DNA of 64,000 nucleotides from Candidatus Omnitrophota bacterium (GCA_015233495.1 JADFXQ010000005.1:3066-67065), one strand, 5' to 3'; shown: positions 1 to 10,099, counted from the stretch's first letter. The notes: generated from the sequence alone by a model not told the origin. Numbers and translations are program-made.

Positions 1-579
1 GCTTTGGCCGATCCGCGTTTTTAATTCTTTGGATTCGGCAACGGCCTGTTGGAATTTGTCATAGAGTTCAACCCGCCGAAAATTCAAGGCGATTTGCGCA
101 GCTAAAAAGTCGAGCAATAATAGTTCGGACGCGGTAAAATTTTTTTTGGTTTTTTTATCAGTGAGTGTGATGACCCCGATTAGCTGGTCTTTGAGCAAAA
201 GCGGCGCGCAGAGAAAAGACGGTGTTTTATAGCTGTGCCGGGCTTTATATCCGGGAAACCGTTTATCCGCGGCGATATTTTTAACGAACAATGGCGATTT
301 TAATAAGGCAACACTTCCGATGACTCCTTCCCCCAGCCGTTTTTCCAGCTTTTCTTTTTCCGTGGACTTCATGCCTACCGCGCTGCGTAGGACCAATTTT
401 TTGCGTTTGGGGTCAGCGATAAAAATCGAGCCGCGTTCACAATTGAATAATTCCAGAGTTTTGCGCAAGGAAATCTCTAACAAGTCTTGGTCATTGGTCG
501 CGGCATTTACCGCGTCGCAAATATTGGCGATACGTTCAAAAAGGGTATTGCCGGTCCAGACATTGAGCAAGGAATTCGG
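1..579 (-). CDS. GAF domain protein, 3' part truncated by window start
   Basis: Manual minus-strand translation from ATG at 577-579 (MMRPNSLLNVWTG...GSIFIADP...GEGVIGSVA...LCAPLLLKDQLIGVITLTDK) runs to position 1 with no stop. GAF-like motifs are present. The ORF track missed it because there is no in-window stop. The start is 6 bp after the stop of the 585..1553 gene. Confidence 0.55.
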
Positions 580-584
580 TCGCA

Positions 585-1553
585 TCATAATTTTATCTTT
601 TTAAGCCAAGATTGGTTTTCCAAATGCCAGTCAACGGTGCGTTTGATCCCTTCGGCTAAGGGAATCGTTGGTTTCCAGTTTAGTATTTTTTTGGCCTTGT
701 TGATATCCGCCCACGTCGCACGGACATCCGTTTTGGGAAAAGCGAACCGTTGGATTTTGGCTTTTTTGCCGAGCTCGGCTTCGATCATGCGGATAACCAT
801 TTTAAGGTCATACGGCGCGTTGCCTCCCAAATTGATGATTTCAAAACCGACTTTTTTGAGCGCCTTGACTGTGCCGTCCGCAATATCGTCAATGTAGGTA
901 AAATCCCGGCTTTGGGTTCCATCGCCGAACAGCTCGATCGGCTTGCCGGCATAAATCCATTGAATAAAACGGAATAGGCTCATGTCCGGCCGTCCGGCTG
1001 GTCCATAGACAGTAAAATAGCGCAAGATTGTGACATCGATATTAAAAAGATAGTGATAAGTATAACAAGCCATTTCTGCGGATTTTTTGCTGGCCGCGTA
1101 ATAGGAAATTGGGGTGTTTACCGGCAAATCTTCGCGAAACGGCATTTTTTGTCCGGCATACAGCGAGGAGGTTGACGCGAGAACGAATTTTTTAACCGTA
1201 AACTCTTTGCACAGCTCAAGCAAATTCAGGGTTCCCAAACTGTTCGTGGAATTATAAATATAGGGATTGACCAGACTGTAACGCACTCCCGCCCGCGCCG
1301 CTAAATTGATGACCGCGGAAAAATGGTGTTTTTTAAACAACGGTTGGAGCGGCGCGGCTTGTTCGATGTCTAAAGCATGAAAAGTAAAATTTTTCTGCGC
1401 CATCAGATTTTTGAGACGAAATTGTTTGAGCCGCACGTTGTAATAATCGTTCAGATTGTCAACGCCAACAACGGAATAACCTTGTTTAAGCAAGATTTTC
1501 GCGGTCTGCGCTCCCACAAACCCCGCCGCGCCGGTGACGAGAAGTGATTTCAT
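585..1553 (-). CDS. NAD-dependent epimerase/dehydratase family protein (nucleotide-sugar epimerase)
   Basis: Rossmann motif VTGAAGFVGAQTA and catalytic YAASK (YxxxK). Length is about 322 aa, typical of the SDR extended family. Confidence 0.8.
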   Translation of the reverse strand: MKSLLVTGAAGFVGAQTAKILLKQGYSVVGVDNLNDYYNVRLKQFRLKNLMAQKNFTFHALDIEQAAPLQPLFKKHHFSAVINLAARAGVRYSLVNPYIYNSTNSLGTLNLLELCKEFTVKKFVLASTSSLYAGQKMPFREDLPVNTPISYYAASKKSAEMACYTYHYLFNIDVTILRYFTVYGPAGRPDMSLFRFIQWIYAGKPIELFGDGTQSRDFTYIDDIADGTVKALKKVGFEIINLGGNAPYDLKMVIRMIEAELGKKAKIQRFAFPKTDVRATWADINKAKKILNWKPTIPLAEGIKRTVDWHLENQSWLKKIKL

Positions 1554-1589
1554 TTTTTCTCCGAACTTTTTTCAGATTTTGCGGTTATT

Positions 1590-2621
1590 TTAAGTTTGGG
1601 CGGCCAAGCTTTTCTGCCACAACCAGGCGTCGCGTAAGGCTTCTTCGATCGTTAGTTTGGTCTGCCATTTTAATAAACGGTTTGCTTTATCTGGGTTAGC
1701 AAATAGGACAGCGACGTCGCCTTGCCTCCGGGAACCGATAACTACCGGTAATTTCAGATGATTGACCTGCTCAAAAGTTTTAATGATCTCGAGCACGCTG
1801 TATCCCCGGCCGGTGCCGAGATTAAAAACTGCGTAACCCGGCGCGGCATTGCTTTGTTCCAAATACTCCAGCGCGTTGATATGGGCGCGCGCCAGATCGA
1901 TGACATGAAGATAGTCCCTTATTCCCGTGCCATCGGGCGTGGGATAATCATTGCCGAATATAGTTAATTTTTCGCGTAAGCCTGCCGCGGTTTGGGTCAC
2001 AAATGGCACCAAATTGTTCGGCGCGCCGAGCGGTAATTCGCCGATCAGCCCGCTGGAATGCGCGCCGATCGGGTTGAAATAGCGCAGAGAAATTGCCTTC
2101 AATGCCGCCCCGCTTTTTACGAGGTCAGCCGTAATTTCTTCGCCAATTTGTTTGGTGTTTCCATAAGGAGAGGTTGCAGGTTGAACCGGACTTTCTTCCG
2201 TGACCGGAGACTTTGCGGCGCCGTAAACGCAGGCAGACGAGGAAAAAACAAAATATGGGACTTGTGCTTCCTGCAACACGGTTAATAAGGCGGTCAATGA
2301 GCCAAGATTATTTTGATAATACAGCAGTGGTTTGTGCGCGGATTCGCCAACCGCTTTGACGGCCGCGAAATGAATCGCGCCGTGGATTTTTCCTTCTGCC
2401 GTGAATATTTTTCGCAGCAAGTCGATTTGACAACAATCGCAGTCATAACATTCTACCGGCCGGCTCAGGATGGTTTTAATCCGTTCGAGTACGAAACGCC
2501 GGGAATTGCAGAAATTATCAATAATCACCGGCTCATATCCGGCTTGAGCCAATTCTACAACCGTATGTGATCCGATATATCCCGCCCCGCCGGTGACAAT
2601 GATTTTTTTCTTCAGGCCCAT
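1590..2621 (-). CDS. galE: UDP-glucose 4-epimerase
   Basis: IIVTGGAGYIGSHTVVEL N-terminus and SPYGNTK (YxxxK). 343 aa with GalE-like conservation throughout. Confidence 0.85.
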   Translation of the reverse strand: MGLKKKIIVTGGAGYIGSHTVVELAQAGYEPVIIDNFCNSRRFVLERIKTILSRPVECYDCDCCQIDLLRKIFTAEGKIHGAIHFAAVKAVGESAHKPLLYYQNNLGSLTALLTVLQEAQVPYFVFSSSACVYGAAKSPVTEESPVQPATSPYGNTKQIGEEITADLVKSGAALKAISLRYFNPIGAHSSGLIGELPLGAPNNLVPFVTQTAAGLREKLTIFGNDYPTPDGTGIRDYLHVIDLARAHINALEYLEQSNAAPGYAVFNLGTGRGYSVLEIIKTFEQVNHLKLPVVIGSRRQGDVAVLFANPDKANRLLKWQTKLTIEEALRDAWLWQKSLAAQT

Positions 2622-3355
2622 TGCGTTAACTTTGTTTTAAAGGTTTGAATGGAGTCAATCCCGCTGATTTCCACGCGGCGCAATTCATATGACGGCGTGT
2701 CTATTGTATTCTTTCCCGGCCGCACTGTCAAAGCGTGCCGGATTCTGGCAGCGCGAAGAATTTCGATCGTCGCGGAATTGTACTCTCCATAAGGATAGCA
2801 AAATGTGTTTAACCGGCTGCCCGGCGCTATGTGTTCTTGAATATAATCGCAGCTGGGATGAATTTCACGTTGCTGTTCTTCGGGTGACAATGCAGTCAGG
2901 TGGACATGATTCTGAGTGTGCGGCCCGAACGTCATGCCTTGGTCTGCCATTTCCGCAATCTCTTTTAAGTTTAACATATCGCGCTCCGGATTTGCCGCGT
3001 AACGCGCGAATTTTTTTCCCGTATCGATCATTCCGGTCGCCAAGAAAAAAGACGCGGGCAAATTCCATTGCCGTAAGACGGGAAAGGCGTTGGTGAAATT
3101 GTCCCGATAACCGTCGTCGAAAGTGATAATAATTTTTAAATAAGCAGGGTTTGGCAATTGGTAATAATAATCAGGGCGCTCCTCCCAATCTCGCAAGCTG
3201 ATCACTTCACCCAGTAGGGGCGAGGATTTGAGATAGGCCATTTGCTCAGCGAAGCGTTCGGTGCGGATGACTAAAGCATTTTCCGGCAATTCGTCATTAA
3301 CGCGGTGGTACAAAATTATCAGGACGCCGGGCCGCGGCGCAGTTTTTGGCTTCAT
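2612..3355 (-). CDS. polysaccharide deacetylase (NodB-homology, CE4) family protein
   Basis: TFDDGYRDNF motif 1 and HTQNHVHL His motif. Confidence 0.8.
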   Translation of the reverse strand: MKPKTAPRPGVLIILYHRVNDELPENALVIRTERFAEQMAYLKSSPLLGEVISLRDWEERPDYYYQLPNPAYLKIIITFDDGYRDNFTNAFPVLRQWNLPASFFLATGMIDTGKKFARYAANPERDMLNLKEIAEMADQGMTFGPHTQNHVHLTALSPEEQQREIHPSCDYIQEHIAPGSRLNTFCYPYGEYNSATIEILRAARIRHALTVRPGKNTIDTPSYELRRVEISGIDSIQTFKTKLTQWA

Positions 3356-3942
3356 TGGTTTGCGGGAGGAGCGGATTCGACAGGATTGGCGATGGGTTGG
3401 GATGGCTGATTTTTAATCGCATCTTTCACCTCATTAAGCGCCGCTGATAACCCGAGAATTTTATTGTTTAACAGAACTTGGGACTTTTGGGTGTCATTTA
3501 AGTCCGTTTGGTTGACTGTCAATGTCTGCCGAAAAGATTCCAATTTCATTTCAAGGAGTTTTTGGCGGGTTTCGGCGGCTTGAATGCGTTTTTCTAAGGT
3601 GATTAGATCAGCTTGAAGAAGTTTTTTAGTTTGATTCAACTCTTGTTTGAGCGCTTCGATGTTTTGGTTTTGCAGAGTCAGGGTTTCTTGAAACTGGCCT
3701 GCCTTGTTGTTTTGGGCGCGTAAACTAACGATCATCTGGTAATTGACCGCGCAAAAAATAAATAGTCCGGAAAGAAAAAATAATGTTAACGGAATAAAAA
3801 TTTTTTCGCTGAAGTGTTCGCCCGCAGACATTTGTAAATGGTCCAGCATGCGCAACGGCGACTTGTTTCCCCCCGCGTCGAGAAAAGCGGGTTTATTTTT
3901 TTTATAATTGGGAAAAGGAGTAGATGGCGAACTCATATTCAT
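3352..3942 (-). CDS. membrane-anchored coiled-coil protein, unknown function
   Basis: Single TM segment (LTLFFLSGLFIFCAV) followed by a long heptad-like Q/L/K-rich region. Divergent from rpoN. Confidence 0.5.
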   Translation of the reverse strand: MNMSSPSTPFPNYKKNKPAFLDAGGNKSPLRMLDHLQMSAGEHFSEKIFIPLTLFFLSGLFIFCAVNYQMIVSLRAQNNKAGQFQETLTLQNQNIEALKQELNQTKKLLQADLITLEKRIQAAETRQKLLEMKLESFRQTLTVNQTDLNDTQKSQVLLNNKILGLSAALNEVKDAIKNQPSQPIANPVESAPPANQ

Positions 3943-3974
3943 ATTATAACAATATTTTTTTTTATGTCCCGCAT

Positions 3975-4004
3975 TTGGCAGAATATTTTTTAAGATGTTA
4001 TACT
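3975..4004 (+). promoter_or_regulatory. sigma-70-like promoter upstream of rpoN (TTGGCA-N18-TATACT). The -10 ends 6 nt before the ATG, suggesting a leaderless or near-leaderless transcript.
   Basis: Direct reading of 3975-3980 TTGGCA and 3999-4004 TATACT, with the ATG at 4011. Confidence 0.35.
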
Positions 4005-4010
4005 TTCAGT

Positions 4011-5360
4011 ATGAAGATAGAAATTTCCTCACTCCAGTCTCAACGACCAATATTTTTGCCGTTGATCCGTCCGGCAATGGAAGTGTTGATGCTGCCAATT
4101 CTTGAGCTTAAGACAGTTATTGAGGCGGAGTTGCAAAGCAACCCGCTTTTGGATGTAGACGAGGAACTGACGCGACAAAGATATGAAATTTTGCAGGAGC
4201 TGCTGCGGGAGCGCTATCCAAGGGGCCGTTATGCGTCGGGAGATTCCTTTCCGGAGGACCCATTTCAGGGACTGACGCGTGAAATATCCTTAGAAGAACA
4301 TTTACTGCAGCAATTAGATTTGGAAATCAACGATACTGAGGAATTAAAAATCGGCGAAATGATTATTGGGAGTTTGGATGAGAATGGATATTTACGAGAA
4401 AGTTGCGAAATGCTGGCCGCGGGATTATCCCTGGCGGTTGAGAAGGTGGAAAAAGTTTTAAACATTATTCAGGGTTTCGACCCGCCCGGAGTCGCGTCGC
4501 GAAATTTAAAAGAATGTTTATTGATTCAGGCCGGGACCCGGCTGACTCGGCAATCTGATTTGTATCAAACATTGATCGCGGATCATTTTGAGGATTTGGC
4601 TAAAAAAAAGTTTGGGGATATCAGCCGGGCTTTGCGGATACCAGTTGCGCAGGTTAAAGACATGACCAGAATCATCGCCGCGTTTAATCCGCGACCCGGA
4701 TGCGCGTTTCAGGCAAGGACGCCGAATTTATATGTTCAACCGGATATGATCATCCTCCCGGCGACTGACCCGAGCGAATATGAAATTATTTTAAATCAAA
4801 CCGAAGTTCCGGTTTTGAAGCTGAATCCGGTTTATCAAAATCTCCTGCGCCGGAGTGATTTGAAGACCGAGGACATTCAGTTTCTTAGAGAGAGAGTTAA
4901 AGACGCGGTTTGGTTCATTCGGAATTTAAAACAGCGAGAGCAAACTATTCAGATGATTGCGGAATTTATCGTTGGCTATCAAAAAGATTTTTTTAAACGC
5001 GGGGTGCTCGGATTGAAACCGTTGGCGCTCAGTGAAGTGGCGCGAGCCATTGGCCGTAATGAATCAACCGTGTGCCGCGCCGTTAACCGTAAATATGTGG
5101 ATTCACCGCAAGGTATTTTTCCGCTCAAATATTTTTTTACGACCCGGGCTTCCCGCCAACGCGGGCAAGAACGTCTTTCCACGCGCGGCATTAAAGAAGA
5201 AATCCGCGTGATTGTTCAAGAGGAAAATACCGGCGCCCCACTCTCCGACCAGGAAATTCACGAAATTTTAGAACAACGCGGCAGGCCTATATCCCGCCGG
5301 GCCATCGCTAAATATCGCGATAAATTGAAAATTCTTCCGTCGTATTTGCGTAAAGGATAA
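4011..5360 (+). CDS. rpoN: RNA polymerase sigma-54 factor
   Basis: N-terminal Q/L-rich activator-interacting region (MKIEISSLQSQ...ELQSNPLL). HTH motif STVCRAVNRKYV...PLKYFF. RpoN box RRAIAKYR. Start placed at ATG 4011, because the track start at 3924 overlaps the divergent gene. Confidence 0.9.
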   Translation: MKIEISSLQSQRPIFLPLIRPAMEVLMLPILELKTVIEAELQSNPLLDVDEELTRQRYEILQELLRERYPRGRYASGDSFPEDPFQGLTREISLEEHLLQQLDLEINDTEELKIGEMIIGSLDENGYLRESCEMLAAGLSLAVEKVEKVLNIIQGFDPPGVASRNLKECLLIQAGTRLTRQSDLYQTLIADHFEDLAKKKFGDISRALRIPVAQVKDMTRIIAAFNPRPGCAFQARTPNLYVQPDMIILPATDPSEYEIILNQTEVPVLKLNPVYQNLLRRSDLKTEDIQFLRERVKDAVWFIRNLKQREQTIQMIAEFIVGYQKDFFKRGVLGLKPLALSEVARAIGRNESTVCRAVNRKYVDSPQGIFPLKYFFTTRASRQRGQERLSTRGIKEEIRVIVQEENTGAPLSDQEIHEILEQRGRPISRRAIAKYRDKLKILPSYLRKG

Positions 5361-5368
5361 AACGAAAA

Positions 5369-5722
5369 TTATTTTCTGGAATAATCATCTTCCAGGCGCT
5401 CAATATCGTCTTCCGACAAAAGTTCGCCGGTGGCGACCTCGATAAAGATCAGGGGTTCGGCGCCGTTATTGGTGATCCGGTGCGCTGCGCCTATCGGCAC
5501 ATCGATCACGGCGCCGGCGGCAATCGGGGATTCTTCCCCGGCAACAAAGACAGTTCCAGATCCGCGGACAATATTCCATTTTTCCGAACGGCGTTGATGT
5601 TTTTGCAGACTCAACCGACAGCCAGGTTTGACCTCAACGCGTTTCACCCATACGCCCGCTTCTTGAAAAAATTTGATATAAAATCCCCAAGGCCGCTGCG
5701 TGACATTGATTTGAATATCCAT
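5369..5722 (-). CDS. cupin domain protein
   Basis: 117 aa with a conserved-barrel pattern G..H.H...E..Y (GSGTVFVAGE...GAAHRITNNGAEPLIFIEV). Confidence 0.6.
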   Translation of the reverse strand: MDIQINVTQRPWGFYIKFFQEAGVWVKRVEVKPGCRLSLQKHQRRSEKWNIVRGSGTVFVAGEESPIAAGAVIDVPIGAAHRITNNGAEPLIFIEVATGELLSEDDIERLEDDYSRK

Positions 5723-5742
5723 AAAGTTCCTTCCCTTATTGT

Positions 5743-6870
5743 TTAAACGAGTGCAGCGCTTTGCAATGTTTGTTTTAAAGTCTGGATTTCGGCGCGGGTG
5801 TGGCTTAAGGAAAAATAAAATGGTTCCGCTGCCTTTGCCGGCAGGATGATATTGTTTGTCCAGGCGCGGGCTACGAATGCCGCGTATTCATTATCGTCAA
5901 TGGTTTCCGGGATGAATCCGAGCATAGACCCAAAACGAGTTAAGCGCGGCAGCATTTTTTTTTCTTCCCAAAAAGAATTCAGGGCGGCGGTAAAATTTTC
6001 CGCAGTGGTGTTAAGCTTCGCGTAGACAGGCGGGGTGAGTTGGCGCAAGATGGCCAAACCGGTTTTGGCCACCACTGGGTTGGGAATGCCGGGCAGCACG
6101 AAAGCGTCGAGGATTTCCGCTTTTCCGCCAACCGCTCCTAAGGAAAATCCGCCGCCAATGATTCGTCCCAAACAAGTTAAATCAGGTTGAAAATGATGGG
6201 CAGTTTGCCATCCGCCCAAACCCTCCCGGAAGCCGGTCGCAATTTCATCGAAGATTATATAAAAGCCATGTTCCCGGGACAAAGTAGTCAGAGTGTTTAA
6301 AAAATTTGAGTCAACACTGGCAAAACCTTGGCGGGTGAAGGCCACAGGCGTGAGGATGATCGCAGCCAGAGCCGCGGCGTGGCGGCGTAGTTCGAGGGTA
6401 ACCGCGTTCCAATCTCCCCAGGGTAAATGCAGAATATTACTGGAAGAATTGAGCGGCGAAGCTTGATCCAGAGAAACAATCAATTCTTTTTTGCGGTTCA
6501 TCCGGGCCAAAGTCATGGCCAAGCGCCGGGCTTTTTCTTCGGACGAAGTCAGCTGGATTTTTTCGATCGCGGGAAAATGTTTTTTAATTTCTTTCGCCAG
6601 GCTCACAGTATCCCGGCTAAACGAAGAAAAAAAGATTCCTTGATCCGCCGCTTTTTTCGCGGCTAAAGCGGCAATCCGGTTGTTATGTCCGAGAATAATG
6701 GCGCCCTGTCCCAGGGTATAGTCCGTAAAGGCATTATTGTCAAAATCATAAATACGCGAACCGCGGGTGTATTTTATCAAGGTTGGCAAATGATTTGCCG
6801 GGCGCGGCAAAACTGCGCTGGCCTCCGCGAAAAGAGGATAAGAATGTCCCGGATATTTTTTTTTCTTCAT
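5743..6870 (-). CDS. aminotransferase class-III fold PLP enzyme (glutamate-1-semialdehyde 2,1-aminomutase-like)
   Basis: IFDEIATGFREGLGGWQ...GRIIGGGFSLGAVGG matches the class-III pattern DEV.TGFR...GK.IGGG.P.GAFGG. Start moved to ATG at 6868-6870 (MKKKKYPGHSYPLFAEA), which removes the overlap with the upstream gene. Confidence 0.7.
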   Translation of the reverse strand: MKKKKYPGHSYPLFAEASAVLPRPANHLPTLIKYTRGSRIYDFDNNAFTDYTLGQGAIILGHNNRIAALAAKKAADQGIFFSSFSRDTVSLAKEIKKHFPAIEKIQLTSSEEKARRLAMTLARMNRKKELIVSLDQASPLNSSSNILHLPWGDWNAVTLELRRHAAALAAIILTPVAFTRQGFASVDSNFLNTLTTLSREHGFYIIFDEIATGFREGLGGWQTAHHFQPDLTCLGRIIGGGFSLGAVGGKAEILDAFVLPGIPNPVVAKTGLAILRQLTPPVYAKLNTTAENFTAALNSFWEEKKMLPRLTRFGSMLGFIPETIDDNEYAAFVARAWTNNIILPAKAAEPFYFSLSHTRAEIQTLKQTLQSAALV

Positions 6871-6883
6871 ATGGTTTGCCAGA

Positions 6884-8989
6884 TCAAATGATTTCAGCGA
6901 CCAGTTGTTGTATTTTGGGCAACGATCGTCGGGCGGCTTCTTCCCCGCGCTTAATGAGCTCTTCGGTTTTATAAAGTTCATACCATTCAATGCCGATTAA
7001 ATCCGGATGAATAGCGACATCGGCTTGATGCGCGCTTTGTTCAGCGATCACATACTCGGTGGCTTGCAGGGTTAAAACAATTATGTCGGAAATATTGGGA
7101 TAAAAATAACGGTTAAAAAAGCGGCCAATGCGGAACAGGATATATTTCCAAGGCGCGGTTTTAAACGTGATGTTTTGGCGGCGGCGTAAATCCCGCGTTT
7201 TGATGTCGAGACTTTTCATGACATCGTCCGGCGATTGTAGGACGTTTACGGAAATGATTTTTTTAATTCCTTCCGCTACCAAGACATTGGTCGGCAAAGG
7301 ATTGAGCACGCCGCCGTCGATAATCACCCGTTGGTTTTGCCGGATTGGTTTGATGATCCCGGGAATGGCAATGCTTTGCATGACTGCTTCAACGATCGTG
7401 CCGCTATTGATGACGATTTCCTGACGCGAGGCGAGATCATAGGAGACAATGCGCAACGGCACTCGCGTGGTGTAAAAAGTTCGGTCGCCGAATTGTTTTT
7501 TTAGCCACTTGCGGATCGCCGCGCCGCCGATAAAACCTGATATGGGGACAATCGGGTCTAACAAACTTAAGGCAACTCTTTTACTTTGAAACTGTTTGGC
7601 TAATTTTTCGATTTCATCCGAGGAATAGCCGCAGGCCCACAAAGCGCCGATTAAAGCGCCCATACTGCTGCCGCTGACCATATCCACCGGGATATTTTCT
7701 TTTTCTAAGACGCGTAAGATGCCGATGTGGGCGATGCCTAAAGCCGCGCCGCCGCCTAAAGCAATGCCTAAAAGTACGCCGCCGATTTCCCGGGCGATGC
7801 GCGTGGTGACTCGGTTGTAGGCGCTATCCGGGCTGCAACGGGCGAAATGAATGTGCTCCGAGTCAAAGGGCACGTTCGGGTCCCGGTCGCTGATATAAGG
7901 CAGTCGGGTATAGACGGAATAATCCAAAAGCCGGCTGATTTCGTCTAAAGACCGGTTATGGTCAGCCGTTAAGGAACTTATCACGATCCGAATATTTTCC
8001 GGCTGGAAGTTTTCCTTTAACGCAGACTCTAAACGGTCGATAACGCCCCGGGTCAAATCAAGCCCGGTTTTTTGATCCAAACTCACGAGATGCACAAGAT
8101 CGGATTGGGCCAATGTTTCTAAAACCACATCATCCATTTCATTCGGCAAATCCACTACAACATAATGATAATCTCCGACCAAGCTGGTGACAAACGGGGC
8201 GATTAGTTTTTTATTAAAGGACGGCCCAGGTTCAAACGTTACATTGAGTAAATCAATTTTTAGGTCGCTGTGTAAAATGGCTTTATGGATTTTATCGTTG
8301 TTGTCTGCGATATCGTTTAAAGCAACCGCGGTTTGCCGCCAACGCGGCGCGATATCCGGGTTGTCGCCAGAAGGCGCGGAATCTCTAGAATGGATGCGCA
8401 CGAAGATCACGCGTTTTTTGGATTCTCTTTCGAGGCTCAACGCTAAGTTGATCCCGTAGGTGGAATTTCCGGTTTCTTTCATCGGGCTATATACCGAAAT
8501 TATGGTGCTTAAGAAGCCGCCTTTATGGCCTTTGATTTTACGGCGCATTTCATTAGATAAAATTTTACTGAATTGGATGCTGAGCTCCGGCACAAGTTTT
8601 AATATGGCGTGAAAATCATTTTTGGCGATTTGCAGGATGACCGAGTCGTTCAGCGCTTCATAATTATTGGAATGCGTCTCGCCGGTAAATACCGAAAGGA
8701 TGCCGAAATGGGACCCGCGGTGGATAAATTCCACGTTTTCTTTATCGTCATGGGCGTTGAGGGTAAAAGCTTGGATACGTCCGGATACAACACAGTAAAA
8801 AAAATCAGCGGGGTCGCCTTCCTTGCGAATAAAAGACCCTTTAGAATATTCGCGAAAGACACATTTGCGGGCGATTCTTTGTTGATCAAACCAGTTGAGC
8901 TTGGCAAAAACGGGAATTTGTCGGACGATTTGCAGTTGATTGAGCAAATTCGATAATAAATTCATGGTTAAATCCATTTTGTGAGCCAA
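6884..8989 (-). CDS. cyclic nucleotide-binding domain / degenerate ParA-like domain / patatin-like phospholipase, three-domain protein
   Basis: N-terminal CAP-family cNMP-binding fold (FIRKEGDPADFFYCVVSGRIQ...RGSHFGILSVFTGE). Middle segment resembles a MinD/ParA fold with a degenerate Walker A (MKETGNST) and a DLPNE Walker-B-like stretch. C-terminal patatin motifs GGGAALGIAHIG (Gly-rich) and GSSMG (GxSxG). Confidence 0.75.
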   Translation of the reverse strand: MAHKMDLTMNLLSNLLNQLQIVRQIPVFAKLNWFDQQRIARKCVFREYSKGSFIRKEGDPADFFYCVVSGRIQAFTLNAHDDKENVEFIHRGSHFGILSVFTGETHSNNYEALNDSVILQIAKNDFHAILKLVPELSIQFSKILSNEMRRKIKGHKGGFLSTIISVYSPMKETGNSTYGINLALSLERESKKRVIFVRIHSRDSAPSGDNPDIAPRWRQTAVALNDIADNNDKIHKAILHSDLKIDLLNVTFEPGPSFNKKLIAPFVTSLVGDYHYVVVDLPNEMDDVVLETLAQSDLVHLVSLDQKTGLDLTRGVIDRLESALKENFQPENIRIVISSLTADHNRSLDEISRLLDYSVYTRLPYISDRDPNVPFDSEHIHFARCSPDSAYNRVTTRIAREIGGVLLGIALGGGAALGIAHIGILRVLEKENIPVDMVSGSSMGALIGALWACGYSSDEIEKLAKQFQSKRVALSLLDPIVPISGFIGGAAIRKWLKKQFGDRTFYTTRVPLRIVSYDLASRQEIVINSGTIVEAVMQSIAIPGIIKPIRQNQRVIIDGGVLNPLPTNVLVAEGIKKIISVNVLQSPDDVMKSLDIKTRDLRRRQNITFKTAPWKYILFRIGRFFNRYFYPNISDIIVLTLQATEYVIAEQSAHQADVAIHPDLIGIEWYELYKTEELIKRGEEAARRSLPKIQQLVAEII

Positions 8990-10092
8990 GCTAAGGTTTC
9001 AATATGCTTGGTTTTCGGAAAAAAATCAAAGGGCATAACGCGTTGAATTTGCCAACCACCCGAAACCAACCCGTTTAAATCCCGAATCAAGGCTTCGGGC
9101 TGGCAGGACAAATAAAGTAAATGTTGAAATCCAGTCGCGTTTTTAAACATGGCTAAGGCGGAGGAACTCAGACCGGCTCGCGGCGGATCAATTATTGCGA
9201 CGGCGGAGTTATTTTTGTCCGAGAAATTGAGAATGTCCAAATGCTCTTCCATTTTTCCGGATTTGATTTCAAAATTTGTTAAGCCGTTATAATGCGCATT
9301 GTGATGGCAAAGTTTTATCGAAGCCGGATTCTCTTCAACCAAAACCACCTGGCGCGCCAAATCCGCCAAGCCGATTCCAAACAATCCTACTCCGCCGTAT
9401 AAATCAAAGAGCCGAGGTTTGTTTTGGTTATCGTTGGGTGTTTTCTGCCGATTGTCGACAGTCGGTTGTTTCTCACCCGTTTTTTGCCCCCAGATTGGCA
9501 ATGTTTCTATTGTAGCGAAAAGTTTGGGCAAAATCGACAAATTTGCCTGAAAGAATGTTTCTAGGCTGTAAAAAATTTTTCGGGAACGGATGGTGGCGGA
9601 AAAATAATTTTCCGGAGATTGGCGCAAGGATCGTTTGCCGATGCCGCCCCAAAAGACCTTTCCTTCCTCTCCGGTCCGCACGACAAGATTAGCGACTCGG
9701 TAGCGTGCCGGCAATGTCGCGCGGACTTGCCGGGTGAGCTCGGGAATAAAATCAGAAATTTCCCGCCGGGCGATGTAACACGCGCTGATCGGGAGAATGC
9801 CGCGGTGGTTTTGCGGGGTAAAGCCCACCAGGATTTCGTTGGTTTTAGTGCGCAGGAGTTTTAGGTCTATCCGGTTGCGGTAATTATATTCCTCTGCGGA
9901 TGCGACAATAGGTTCCGGAATCCCGGCGAAACCGGCAGCCTTAAAGATTTTTTGTAAATAAGCTTGTTTCCAATTTAGCTCTTCGGAATAGGAGATGTTT
10001 TGAAATGAACAGCCTAAACAAGTTTTAAAAACCGGGCAAAGCGGCAGGACACAGAGTGCGTCAGTGTCATAATTTTCAATATCAGGTTTCAT
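8968..10092 (-). CDS. 23S rRNA (uracil-C5)-methyltransferase RlmD/RumA family
   Basis: N-terminal Cys cluster (CVLPLCPVFKTCLGC). SAM-MTase motifs LFDLYGGVGLFGIGLA and IIDPPRAGL. Start moved to ATG 10090-10092 to avoid overlap with the upstream gene. The track start is 10131. Confidence 0.75.
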   Translation of the reverse strand: MKPDIENYDTDALCVLPLCPVFKTCLGCSFQNISYSEELNWKQAYLQKIFKAAGFAGIPEPIVASAEEYNYRNRIDLKLLRTKTNEILVGFTPQNHRGILPISACYIARREISDFIPELTRQVRATLPARYRVANLVVRTGEEGKVFWGGIGKRSLRQSPENYFSATIRSRKIFYSLETFFQANLSILPKLFATIETLPIWGQKTGEKQPTVDNRQKTPNDNQNKPRLFDLYGGVGLFGIGLADLARQVVLVEENPASIKLCHHNAHYNGLTNFEIKSGKMEEHLDILNFSDKNNSAVAIIDPPRAGLSSSALAMFKNATGFQHLLYLSCQPEALIRDLNGLVSGGWQIQRVMPFDFFPKTKHIETLAWLTKWI

Positions 10093-10099
10093 GAGAGAA

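Noticed and set aside
320-977. Plus-strand ORFs 320..604, 487..897 and 750..977
   Set aside because: They are antisense to the GAF and epimerase genes, which have clear motifs. They have no ribosome-binding site and a low-complexity composition.
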